Shown in pieces: positions 37,921 through 49,064 of a stretch of DNA of 64,000 bases. This DNA comes from Takakia lepidozioides (taxonomy: Eukaryota > Plantae > Bryophyta). Each line of letters opens with the position of its first letter. Position 1 is the stretch's first letter. Position numbers and translations under genes: made by a program. A model generated the notes under the pieces. That model searched no databases. It worked only from the letters and a program-made list of their open reading frames with translations, and was not told the DNA's origin. The stretch is taken from assembly GCA_030704615.1 (NCBI GenBank), contig CM060733.1:54126001-54190000 (forward strand), read 5' to 3'.

Positions 37921-39885
37921 ATGGCCAAGCGCCAAAGGAATCTAGGAAATATGTTATTTAGGGCTGGTCGCACTAGTGATTGTGATGAGGAGTCTCCTTC
38001 CGCTGTCCCCCCTGCCTCATCTTCAAGCGGTATGGACAAGCCATCGAATAGTGTAGAGGCAGCCCAGAAAGCATGGAAAGATGTTTGGTACACTCAATTT
38101 GATTGGATTGAGTTTAACCATGATCTAGGTAGGGTTTTTTGTAAAGTTTGTAAAGGGAAAGGAGGGAGGACAGTCTTTGCAAATGCTGGTTCTGTCAATG
38201 TCAAGGTGAGTTCATTCCAAGACCATGCTAGGTCAGAAGAGCATCGTAAATTCTCTTGGGCCCTACAATCGGTAAGAAAGCCATTGAGAAAGCCATAGCT
38301 AGTGCTAATCGAGCTTGTGATGATGCTGTTTTGGCTCTTTTCCAAGTTGCTTACTACATTGGTTTGGAGGCCTTGCCATTTAGCAAATTTCCAGGTTTGT
38401 ATCAACTCATGTGCTGATATATTGTATTGTATCTCATGTGTTGTTCAGAAAAAGGTGTTGGATAGAGTGAAGGATTCCAAGTACTATGGAATCATGATAA
38501 ATGAGTCAACTGACATTTCAGTGACCGGTCATCTTGTTGTTTTTGCTTCTTTTGTTGAAGAGGGTTTGCCAGTCACTCTGTTTTTGGGATTACTTCAGAT
38601 TATTAATGGCAAGAAGGATGCCGCAATGATATATGAGTGTTTACTAACTAGTTTGAAAGAGTGGGGTTTGGATGTAGATTAGTTTTTGGGGTTTGGTTCG
38701 GATGGGGCAGCAACCATGGTGGGGGCTCGATCCGGCGTGGCTGCTCGTCTTAAGCAAAAGGTAAACCCCTTTATGTTGGCCGTCCATTGCGTAGCACATA
38801 GGACCAACTTGGCAGCATTAGAAGCTGCCAAGACATCAGCATGTCATCTTATTTCAAATGAGGTTGACACACTTTTGAACTCTCTTGCTGGTCATCTATC
38901 TCTACTCTCACGTATGTTCCAATGGAAGTTTGTGGATGTAACCAGCATTGGGTCCATAGTTAAGACAGAGATTGCACAAATACGAATGTTTTTCATTGAG
39001 GATAGCACGGATTTGAACCAATCCACCTTCAATGAGGAAATGGGTTATCACATCATCCCGGAATTTGGTCCTCCTGGTGGGTATTTGAGGCGGCTTGCCT
39101 CTGAGATTAGGGGATCCAATTTTCATGGTGTACAAATGACACGAGAGAGGATGGGGGGTGATTTGGAGGCAGCACTTACCTTCCAAAAGCTTTATGCAGA
39201 GGCTGTTTGCAATGCTTTGGATGCCAGATTTGAGGACAACAGAATTGTAAGTGCATTCAAAATATTGAGTCCATGTAACCTACCAACTAGGCAAGTGGGG
39301 TTAGCAAGTTGGGATGTAGTAGAGTTGGAAATATTATGTGCGCACTATGGTGTCGAAAGACATATTGCAGGAAGGACATTGTCTGCCCTTGTTGACATAG
39401 CAGCGGTGAAATGAGAGTTCTTTGCTTTCAAACTACAGGCAAGTACCGAGTGGATGGAGAAAACTTTCAAGGATCTTTGGGGCATGGTGACTTGGAACCC
39501 TTCTCTAACGATGAAGTATGAAAACTTGCTTGTGCTTTCTGAAATTGCTCGAGTTCAATGTGTAAGCACTGCCGCATGTGAGAGGGCATTCTCAGTTCAA
39601 AACTCAATCAAAACTAAATTTCGAAACAAGTTGAAAACAAAGAACTTGGAAAGTGTGCTTCGTGTTGCTTTGGAAGGGCCAAGTGTGCAGGCATGTCAAC
39701 CTGTTTTGATTGAGGCCATATCTTTGTGGAAGAACTCCACAAACTTCAGACATTTGTTCTCTCATCCTGAGCTATATTTAGCTGGACAGCCAATAGCTGG
39801 ACAACCAGAAGGTGGGCCATCATATGCAGAAGGTACAATGATGATTTGCAGTTTTGAATTTATGTTTGTTTGTTTGTTTAGATAG
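37921..39885 (+). pseudogene. hAT transposase with stops, frameshifts and deletions
   Basis: TTF Zn finger (FDWIEF..CKVC..DHARSEEH), INESTD, FGSDGA, HCVAHRTNLA, STAACERAFS. Confidence 0.9.
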
Positions 39886-40823
39886 GTAATGCTTCTAAAA
39901 TTCAAGGCCCTTCAACTTTTGGTTGAGGTCCTTGCATTTTAGAAGGGTTCGATCCTTGGCCTCCAAGTGGTGGAGGGCATTGACAGGTTGAACTCCTGCC
40001 AAGGATACTTTTCTGCACTTGTTTGAATTGCTTAAAATTGGTTGTGATTATTTATTGTTGTTCATTTGTTGAATTTGTATGCAGCCGAATTTAATTTTCA
40101 TTTGCAGGAAATGAACCGGTTGATATGTACAATGGCCGGATTTATAGCCGAACACACCAATATATATATATATATATTATCGGTTGTAAAATAATATGTA
40201 CGAAATTGACCGCCTGAAGTTACCACTAAGGGGCAGCAGCCGACCCCCCAACCCACTTAGCCGGTTGGTGTTGAAAATGAGCGGCCACTGGCTGGTTCAA
40301 CTCAAAATATTTCCCGGACACTGGAGTGAATGAGCATAGTCACGGCCAGCAACTTGACAAGCCCAAAGAAATCAATGTAGACCAGCAACCTATTAACCCT
40401 AATATTAGTGGTCTACATTGATTTCTTTTCATAGATGTCTTGAGGAAAATAAGTTAACAAGGGCCATCCCATGTTCTTCAATATATATATGTGTGTGTTG
40501 AGATTTTTTTTTTAAAAATAATATTACAACGTAGTTTTCGAAACAAATGAAAAAAATGACAAAAAACGTAATATTGACTCAGCAAACATACAACTATGTA
40601 TGTTTTTTTTTTTCACATATGATTTCACATATCACATACTGAGGGTGGCCCTAGAGCCTTGTTCTGGGGGCCTCATGGCGAGGTTAGTATGAAAGAGGTT
40701 ATTTTTTTCATCTCACTATAATTAAGGGGCCTGATGTGTGAGCGATCGCTCCTGGGTATTTCCCTTCTAAAAAAACAAAGAAAAAAAAAAAGACGGTTGT
40801 AAATAGCGAAGTTGCTGGAAAGA

Positions 40824-42542
40824 ATGGGGTTGGGGACTCTTGACAGCGTACGCGGTGTGCTTTGGGACCCGAGGCCAATCACCAACGAGCAAGGCATATT
40901 GGCGCGTTTGAATATGCCACCAATGGACATTGACCGCGTCATCGACGGGGTTGACTCAATCGGGCATGGGAATGAAGTACAAACGTCTGAACTGGACCCG
41001 GCGAGGGTTGAGGAAGAAAGACTTGCGGCGGAGAGGGCAAGAAAAGGGAAGGACCCCATAGTGGGAACTGGGGAATGTTCAGCCGTGCAAATTATATCGG
41101 CCCAAGAACAGGAATTATAGCAGCTTGTGGGGGAACGCGAGCAAGCTAGGGCTGTTGCATATCGGTACTCAAATGCCATGCAAATCCGATCGTGGCCATG
41201 GTTGAAGGGGAATTGGCGGAATTGGGTAACATGGGCGGGCCATCTAGCATCGCGGGAAACACGGATAGAAGAAGCGTTGTCCTCCCTCCAACGTGCAGCA
41301 CATTTGTCGAATCGAAGCGTAGATAGCATCTATACTAATTTGCAAAAGCACGACACTGTGCGTGATGTATTCACGTCGAAGTACACTGGATTCACCACAT
41401 GGGGTGATGTGCATGCCATGTTTGAGCACTGTGTGCATACAATTTTCGATACCAATAACAGCATAAACTGGGATTTGGAAGTAAAGGAGGAGTGGGACCC
41501 CAGGCCGAGGATGTCATCCTACATTAATGAGGATAAACCGACGTGGATATCACATAGCAATTCAGCGTCATGGATAACAGATGGTACGGTGTGCACAATG
41601 TGCCTAAACCCCTATAGACCGGAGGGAGGTTATATGCTTGATTCATGTGGCCATTTATTCCATCCCACATGTCTCATATCGGCAGCCATGCGAGCCAGCC
41701 AATGCCCTGACTGTCGTGGACCAATCCATCAACGTTTCTATGAGTTGTTTGGGTTGCAAGACAATATGCCCACGGGATACGAGTACACCCGGTACAACAT
41801 GCCATTGGATGTATCGCCTTACGATTTTTTAAATTGGCAGCACTGGGGGGAGACAATGACATGGGACGCTCCAAGAGAGATGCACGCCTTGGATGCGAAG
41901 ACGTTAACTAGGCCCAGTCCAAATGGAGTTTTTTTGCCGGAACTTGGGAGGGCATTGGAGCTGTACCAAACAAAGATTCTTCCGACTGCCTGAGGATTTG
42001 TAGGTGCCAGCGGAAAACGATACATATAATCGCGAACCGATAAGGAGAGACCTATTTCTGAGGGAGTTGGAGGCCGCTAGTATCCGTTGGGAGGATATGA
42101 ATGAGACGTACTGGGTGCCTCGTCGGGATGATGGGCCATTTCTTCCAGAGTTGCGCAGAGACCCCCAGCTAGAAGAGGTGTTGGACAATTTCAAGGCTGC
42201 CATCACGAGTGTTCTAAAGTATTGGCAGAATACATGGCATGACCAAGTTGCCCCTATTCCAGGGGTGTTCTTGCCACTTCCAAACATATCGGATTTAATT
42301 GAAAAATTGCATGCCGTCGTAGCAAGAACGCTCTGGCAAATGTGGAAGAGAGTCAACACTCGCCTAGAACGCTACGCATGATGGCAAGGGTGGACCACAC
42401 AACACTGGGTCCCTCTTTGACCACTCGAGCCCAGGCTCGAGCTCTCCGTACTGGTGGAGGCACGTCCTCTACACCCGGAGCATCTTCGTCAACATCTGGA
42501 GATGACAACAACGAAGTAATAAATCTAGATGAAGATGACTAG
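40824..42542 (+). pseudogene. RING-H2 (C3H2C3) putative E3 ligase with a C-terminal SIM-like motif; premature stop at 41118 and frameshifts
   Basis: CTMC-x14-CGHLFHPTC-x10-CPDC; ORFs 40812-41120 and 41127-41993 are in one frame, followed by 42004-42381 and 42342-42542 ending EVINLDEDD*. Confidence 0.75.
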
Positions 42543-42589
42543 AAAGACTAGAAACGTAGGGAGTAGGCCAAAGGTCTCAGGTTGCGAAA

Positions 42590-45500
42590 ACTTAAATGTG
42601 CAACCCACTGTATAGTCTACGTAATTTTTGGAAATACGAGGTTCATCCTTTGAACCATTTTTGAATGACCTCATACTTGTTCGGTACCTGTTTGACGGCA
42701 TGTACAATATACTGGCAAAGTTTCAAAACAATAAAAAATTGCTGAATGAAGATACCATTGGTTCACCCATTGCAATATTTTAAATCGAACTCATATTTGT
42801 CCGATATCTTTAAGAGGGCATGTACAATGCATTGGCAAAGTTTGAAAGCATTCAGAAATCAGCACATCAAGTAACCATTGGTTCCTCCTGTGAACCATTT
42901 TTTATTGATCTCATACTTCTCCGGTCCATGTAAGAGGCACGTAGAACATACTGGAAAAATTTCAAATCATTCAAATTGTTTTTGATCAAGGAACCTTTGG
43001 TTTATCCTTTTCACCATTAACGATTAATCACAAATAAATGAACAGACGCATAAATCATTTGCCTCCAAATGATTTTGGTTCGCTTTGAGACTTGGTCAGT
43101 ATCTTCAATGTACCATGGAAGGGGCCCCAGAGTAATATGAGATCAATCGAAATTCTTTCAATGGGCCAACGGATGGTTGCCCATCCAAATGATTTTCGTT
43201 CGCTTTGAGATTTGGCCAGTGTGTTCAATGTACCCTCTGATAGGTCCCAGTGTAATATGAGATCAATCAAAATTCGTTCGATGAGCCAATGAGGCGTTCA
43301 GTTGTCATCTGGTTTTTGCTCATTGCGAAAAAGAAATCATGCAATGCGTGCACGACTATTGCACCCATTGAACGAATGTGGTTGAAGCCCCTCTTTTGCC
43401 CGCATGTGCTTGAACATGTGTGCGACACATGTGCGGAGACACAACAGACGAATAAATCATTTGTCTCCCCATCGACACCAAGCCATTCCATAATGTAATT
43501 GAATTTAAATTAATTTTAAGCCAATAAATAGGTTTGCACTAATGAAGTTGAACACAAATCAAGTTTGGAGTGCAAAACAGGGAAGAAACTGTGATTTTGG
43601 GTCCAAATGAGTTATGTTCGCTCCCAAATTTGGCATGCACGTTGCATATGGCTACATTACACGCCCCATTCAAAAACCGAATAAAAAAAAAAATCGTGAG
43701 CACACGAAACACAGTCCAACAGGTCCCAAAGCAATAGCAGATCAATATATTCAACATGTGAACGGATGGTTGCCCATCCAAATCATTTTTGTTTGCTTCC
43801 AAACTTTGCCAGTACGTTCGAGACACCCTCTCACAAGTCCCGGACTAATATCAGATCAATCGAAATTCATTCGATGGCTCAACGGATGGTTGGACATCGA
43901 GATGATTTTGGTTCGCTTTGAGACTTGGCCAGTATGTTCAATGTGCCATGGAAGAGGCCCCAAAGTAATATGAGATCAACCAAAATTCGTTCAATGGGCC
44001 GACGGATGGTTGCCCATCCAAATGATTTTCGTTCGCTTTGAGACTTGGCCAGTGTGTTCAATGTACCCTCTCATAGGTCCCAGTGTAATATGAGATCAAT
44101 TGTTAACGATTAATCATGAATCATCCAACCGGGGAACTGTTGGTTCACCCTTTGAACCATTTAACATTGACATTATACTTGTCCAGTAACTTTAAGAGGG
44201 CATGTACCAGACACTCGCAAAGTTTCAAATGAATCCAAAATCATTTGGCAGGGGAATGATTGGTTCACCCATAGCCAATTTCAGGGGTTGAAATTGCCAT
44301 TTATGGAGCTCGAATTGCCAATTTCAGGGGCTGGACTTGCAATTTGAAGGGCTGAAACTGCCATTCCAGGGGCTTCAATTGCCAATTTTAGGGGCTGCAC
44401 TAGCAATTGTCATTTCACAAGCTACAGTTGCAATTTGAGGGGCGGGAATTGTCATTTCAGGGGCTAGAAGTGCAATTTGAGGGGCGGCCGGGGTTGGTCA
44501 TTTTAGGGACTGGCAGTACCAATTTTAAGGGCTTGAATTGCATTTTGAATTGTAATTCAAAGGATTACAATGGGCCATTGGGGGGCTAGAATTACCAAAG
44601 CAATGACATCCAAAGCAATATAAAATCATTTGATAGCAGAATGATTGGTTCACCCTTTCAACCATTTTTTATTCACGTCATACTTGTCCGGTACTTGTAG
44701 GAGGGCATGTGGCTGACACTTGCAAAGCTTCAAAGCAATGTAAAATCATTTGATAGGGGAATAATTGGTTCACCATTTCAACCATATTTTACTAACCTCA
44801 TACTTGTCCGGTACCTTTAAAATGGCATGTGAAAGACACTTGCAAAGCTTTAAAGCACTCCAAAATCATTGTTCATGATTGATTCACCATTTTAACCATT
44901 TTAGATTGATTTGAAATTTGTGAAAGACGTGTAAGAGGGCATGTACAAGACACTTGCAAAGTTTCAAATCAATTTAAAATCATTTGGTAGGGGGACGATT
45001 GGTTCACCCTTTAAACCATTTTAGATTGATGTCATACTTCTAAAAGACGTGTAAGAAGGCATGTAGAAGACACTTGCAAAGTTTCGGAGCAATAAAATAT
45101 TATTTCATCGGGGAAGTTTTCGTTCACCCTTTCATCCAATTTTGAATTGAATTGGATTTTTACTAAGATTTAGAGGGCATAGGATTGTAGGGCGCAATGA
45201 TTTTGTTTTTGGCTTGATTTTGTTCTGTGAGCTGAACCCTCACACCACCATATCCTTGCCAAAAAATGTACCAAAGAAAAATGTTTGGAAAAAAATATTC
45301 ATCCTTTGCTCTATGTTCACTATTGCAGAACTCTCTATGAAGAATGCATGAAGTTGAAGATAACTTCACCTTGGAGTACAAATAAGGGAATAAAATGTGT
45401 TTTGGATGCAGACGATGTCTGTTCATGGTGATATTTTACATGCAACTCTTCATGTTGTTATCAAGCATATGGCTTCAGAATGGAATTAAAAACAATTCAT

Positions 45501-45840
45501 GTGCAGGCGAAATGTTATTTCTCCTTATGAATTTGAATAACCAATTCAAACAACTTTGTTGAAGTTCAACTTTGGTCCATATGTGCTTAAGTACATACAA
45601 ATCACGTACACAAAGTTGCAAGCGAAGAAATAATCATTTGCCCCCCGAACGACTCGTTAAACCTTTCAACCAATTTTCAATCATGAATCATTTAATAGGG
45701 GAACTATTGGTTCACCCTTAGAACCATTTTAGATTGACCTCATACTTGTCCGGTAACTTAAAGAGGGCATGTACAACACACTCCCAAAGTTTCAAATCAA
45801 TCTAAAATCATTTGGTAGGGGAACGATTGGTTCACCCATT
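42590..45840. repeat. Arrays of ~120-bp imperfect-palindrome units in both orientations
   Basis: GGTTCACCC-like motif at ~42640, 42760, 42880 and 42999; further + copies at 44130-44270, 44620-45140 and 45690-45840; a diverged reverse-strand subfamily at 43055-43290 and 43700-44100. Confidence 0.88.
44273..44600. repeat. ~21-22-bp minisatellite (GCCAATTTCAGGGGCTGGAATT-like), roughly 14 copies
   Basis: Direct inspection of the periodic GCAATTT..GGGGC motif. Confidence 0.85.
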
Positions 45841-46044
45841 GACCCGGTGTACACTGTCACTCTTCAAGATTCGTGGGTGTGGTGCTTGATTATCCCATAT
45901 GATGGACCTAGGTGCCATGACCAAGTAGCAAATCATTAAAACATTATGGTACGAGACAAACACAATTGAAAACAACATTTATTCAAACATGATGTACAGT
46001 CAGAGGTCTACAAGTTTCTATCCATCCTCCATCAATTTTTGGGC

Positions 46045-47514
46045 TCAGGCCAATTGAATAGCCCCGTCATGAAACGCTACAACATTTTCTAGTTTGTACC
46101 GCAACTCTACTGTGTCTACACACAAGTTTTTCAAAGCGGAAGCAAAACAGGTTCCAGTAGACATATCGTTGAACAGACTTACATCGAACGTGTTACCCCC
46201 ATTTATTGCCTGGGCTATCTTCCTAATCGCAAAGGTCTCTGATGGCACGGTTAGAGGGGGCCTACGAGATGTGCCATCTGACTGGTTGTTGGCTACATTA
46301 TGAACAATTGCAATTTCAGGTGCAATCCACCATCTATGTGCGAGAGTCTTTATCATCTTGTCTCTGCTCTCGAAAATGTACAACGTGGTTTTTGGGTCAT
46401 CCGTCGTGGAGGCCATCCCCCAATCGCATACCCCGATGTACACATCTTCAGACCCTTGTGGAAAATGCAACAAGATGTTGTCGGGGGACATGTCGTTGTG
46501 TAAGAGGTGATGATTATGGACGTTGAGCATGATGTGCAAAAGCGCCCATGTCAATTGGGTGCGATTTTGTCGGAATCGAACCAGTCGGTTGACCTCCTGC
46601 ATTTCCTGCTCCGTCCCCCGTCGTTCCATTAACTCCCTGTTATCCCGATCATTCCCCCATTTCCTGTCAATACTCAACCATGATCGTATGGTCCCCCCAT
46701 TCCACCAATGTGTGTAACCTTCATTTCGACGTGGATGTAACGCAAAATACTTTATGATGCTGAAATGATGGAACTTTACAGCCAACGCCTCATTGTTATA
46801 TTGGACTTTGGCAAGCTCAGCATTTGTTTCCCTGGGCGTTTTCCCTGCTAGCTCCCAAGATGAAGGAATGAATTGATCCCCAACAATTCTAACCCTCCGA
46901 ATTGTACCATACCCTCCATGTTCGGGCGCGTCGAGTTGTTGTACCTGTGCGTTTGTGGATATGTATCTCACGTTCAATGCCGTATCCGCGGACGATGACC
47001 CTGCCTTCCATGGGAGTGATTTTGTACGTCGTTTGGCGTGGGCCTTTGCCATGTCAGACCACTAATCCACAAGCACAAACAACTCCTCCTCCGAAGTTGG
47101 CAAGCGACCTTCCGCTACAGGTGTTCTCATAACAAACTTGTCCATGGTTTGCCTCAGATTCCATGTGGCATCATGGGCCCGGTCTCTCCATCCATTTTGT
47201 GAACTGGAACTTCGCCCTGTCCTCCTCCCATTCATCCCCGGCCAAAGCCTCCGTCATTCTCATCTCCATATTGTGCTGGAATCTAAGGAACCCCTCATTC
47301 CCATGTCGGACATACAAAAGATTCAAACGCATTATGTCATTGTCTTTCAAATAATCCAGCAGTACTTGCTTCACCACCTTCGCGGCCTCTGCGCTTGGAT
47401 AGTCTTTTTTGTTGACTTGACTATCCCGTTCATGTGCATGTTTACGTTTCCTACTTTTACGCCCACTTCCCGAGAAACCCCTGACTCTGCGTTCGAAGCA
47501 ACGTTTCCGGACAT
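46045..47514 (-). pseudogene. Intronless atypical Ser/Thr protein kinase (HxD, DWG); N-terminal part frameshifted
   Basis: ORF 46045..47052: HGGYGTI, LAGK, NNEAL, HNDMSPDNILL, CDWGMA, WIAPE; upstream pieces 47171-47377 and 47371-47514 are probably the same gene. Confidence 0.8.
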
Positions 47515-47828
47515 GATGAAAGTACTCTGCGGAATAGACGCGGCTTCGTAACGGAAAACTAAACCCAAACTATTGATAACCTTATATACTAGCAGACCGA
47601 TTCTCACCCTCTATTGGTATAGTACCCAAAGCAAACTCTACCACAATCCCAGGAAGAAAAGGCAAAAATTCCTCCCCCACACAAATCCACTTTCTCCCCC
47701 CTCCCACGCTCAGTCCTGGCCACCGAAGTTCAAACTCCAAGAAGCCCCAGAACCGCACTCACAGAGAGGGAAAAAAATGGATTGAGAATGAGGGGTAGGC
47801 CCTTATATACTGCCTGGAGAGCCCTGAC

Positions 47829-48348
47829 GTGCGACCGCCTCTGCTGCCCATTCACGCCTCGCCACGTGTCCAGGGAGCGGTCGCACCTAATAACAAAAAA
47901 GAAAAAGTCTGCGACCACCACCGGCTGGTGGTCGCACCCGTTTAAAAAATAATTAAAAATATGCGGTCATCTCCTGCTGGTGGTCGCATCCATTTAAAAA
48001 ATAATTAAAAATGTGCGACCATCCTCTGCTGGTGGTCGCACCTATTTCAAAAAATTGAAAAAGTTGCGACCACCACCTGCTGGTGGTCGCACCTATTAAA
48101 ATAAAATAAAAAAATTGCGACCAACACCTGCTGGTGGTCGCACCCAATTTTTTTTTAAAAACAAATGTGCGACCACCCTCTGCTTGTGGTCGCACCTATT
48201 TAAAAAAATGAAAATGATGCGACCACTACCTGCTGGTGGTCGCACCCATTTAAAAAATAAGAAAAAATGTGCGACCACCCCCTTCTGGTGGTCGCACCTA
48301 CTTAAAAAAAATAAAAATTTGTCCGACCAATCTTTGCTGACGATCGCA
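47829..48348 (+). repeat. Array of nine 27-bp palindromes (TGCGACCACC-n7-GGTGGTCGCA) with 23-25-bp A-rich spacers, plus one long-loop copy
   Basis: Unit starts 47910, 47962, 48014, 48065, 48116, 48168, 48218, 48270, 48322; long-loop copy at 47829-47886. Confidence 0.95.
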
Positions 48349-48503
48349 TGATTGACAATATAAATCATAATATATGAATTTTACAGATAATTAATGAAGT
48401 CCACGTAATGAGGCCACGTCGGTTGCCACGTCGGTTCTCATAGTAAATAGTCAATAGTAAAATAAAAAAAATAAACATATTTATGTACAGTAACGTCGGT
48501 TTA

Positions 48504-48554
48504 GGACGTGACGCTGACGTGTCAATGCCACGTCACGTCCAAATTTGCAACTAG
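48504..48554 (+). other. Helitron-like 3' terminus
   Basis: GGACGTGACG..CGTCACGTCC stem, then 10 nt, then CTAG. Confidence 0.5.
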
Positions 48555-48555
48555 G

Positions 48556-48675
48556 TGCCCCGGTGAGCAGCCGAAGCTCCAAGTTGGCCCGGCAGCCAGG
48601 TTGGGAGTTAGGCGCGCGCATCAAAGCGTGTAACTATGACTTGAAGGAGAGCTTACCGAAGTGAGGTGCGTGATA
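48556..48675 (+). repeat. U5-side 120 bp of the Gypsy LTR (reverse complement of 6129-6248)
   Basis: 112/120 identity; followed by CACAA versus CATAA at the 5' LTR flank. Confidence 0.93.
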
Positions 48676-49064
48676 CACAATGTGCGGTCAAAACTTTTAA
48701 TTTCTCATGTTCCAGCGAGTTCTTGCGTTTTTTCACTGCATTGGTGGATTTTTTTGGAAAAGTCAACGACCCCTGGATGTTTAGGGGTTAAATACGGAGA
48801 ACCTCTCTACGGGCCTGTAAAGCCTTAATTCCAACCTACTTGTTTTTGGGCATGGATGAATGATATCACGGATGGAACAGGATGGTGACGCTCATTTAGG
48901 GTAACGAATGACGCGCAGGATGAAGCTCTTAGTTGGTCCTAGATGGATGAAGATGGAGTAGCCATTACGTATTAGGCACCGAAACAGCTAGCTATATTAA
49001 GTTGAAATTGTCTTTAGTTAACAGTTAGATTAGGATTAGATTAGGTGAGGTGGCCTGATTGTGT

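Larger units (their letters stand above)
36705..40323 (+). mobile_element. hAT DNA transposon (ZNF862/DUF4371-type transposase), degenerate
   Basis: 8-bp TSD TAGTGAAT/GAGTGAAT; degenerate TIR (CTATGAACGGGAA / TTCCCGGACACTG); CCGG-rich subterminal repeats. Confidence 0.8.
40600..48554. mobile_element. Large multi-ORF element without a visible transposase (RING ORF, repeat arrays, kinase ORF, palindrome array, Helitron-like 3' end); left boundary uncertain
   Basis: Intronless degraded ORFs; internal repeat arrays; hairpin + CTAG terminus directly abutting an LTR half. Confidence 0.55.

Noticed and set aside
43055-44589. ORFs encoding 40-aa or 7-aa repeat proteins
   Set aside because: They are translations of the DNA repeats; frames are not maintained between units and conservation follows the DNA palindromes
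47910-48348. CRISPR array
   Set aside because: Repeat and spacer sizes look CRISPR-like, but the spacers are low-complexity A-tracts related to each other, the repeats vary, there are no cas genes and the context is plant nuclear DNA
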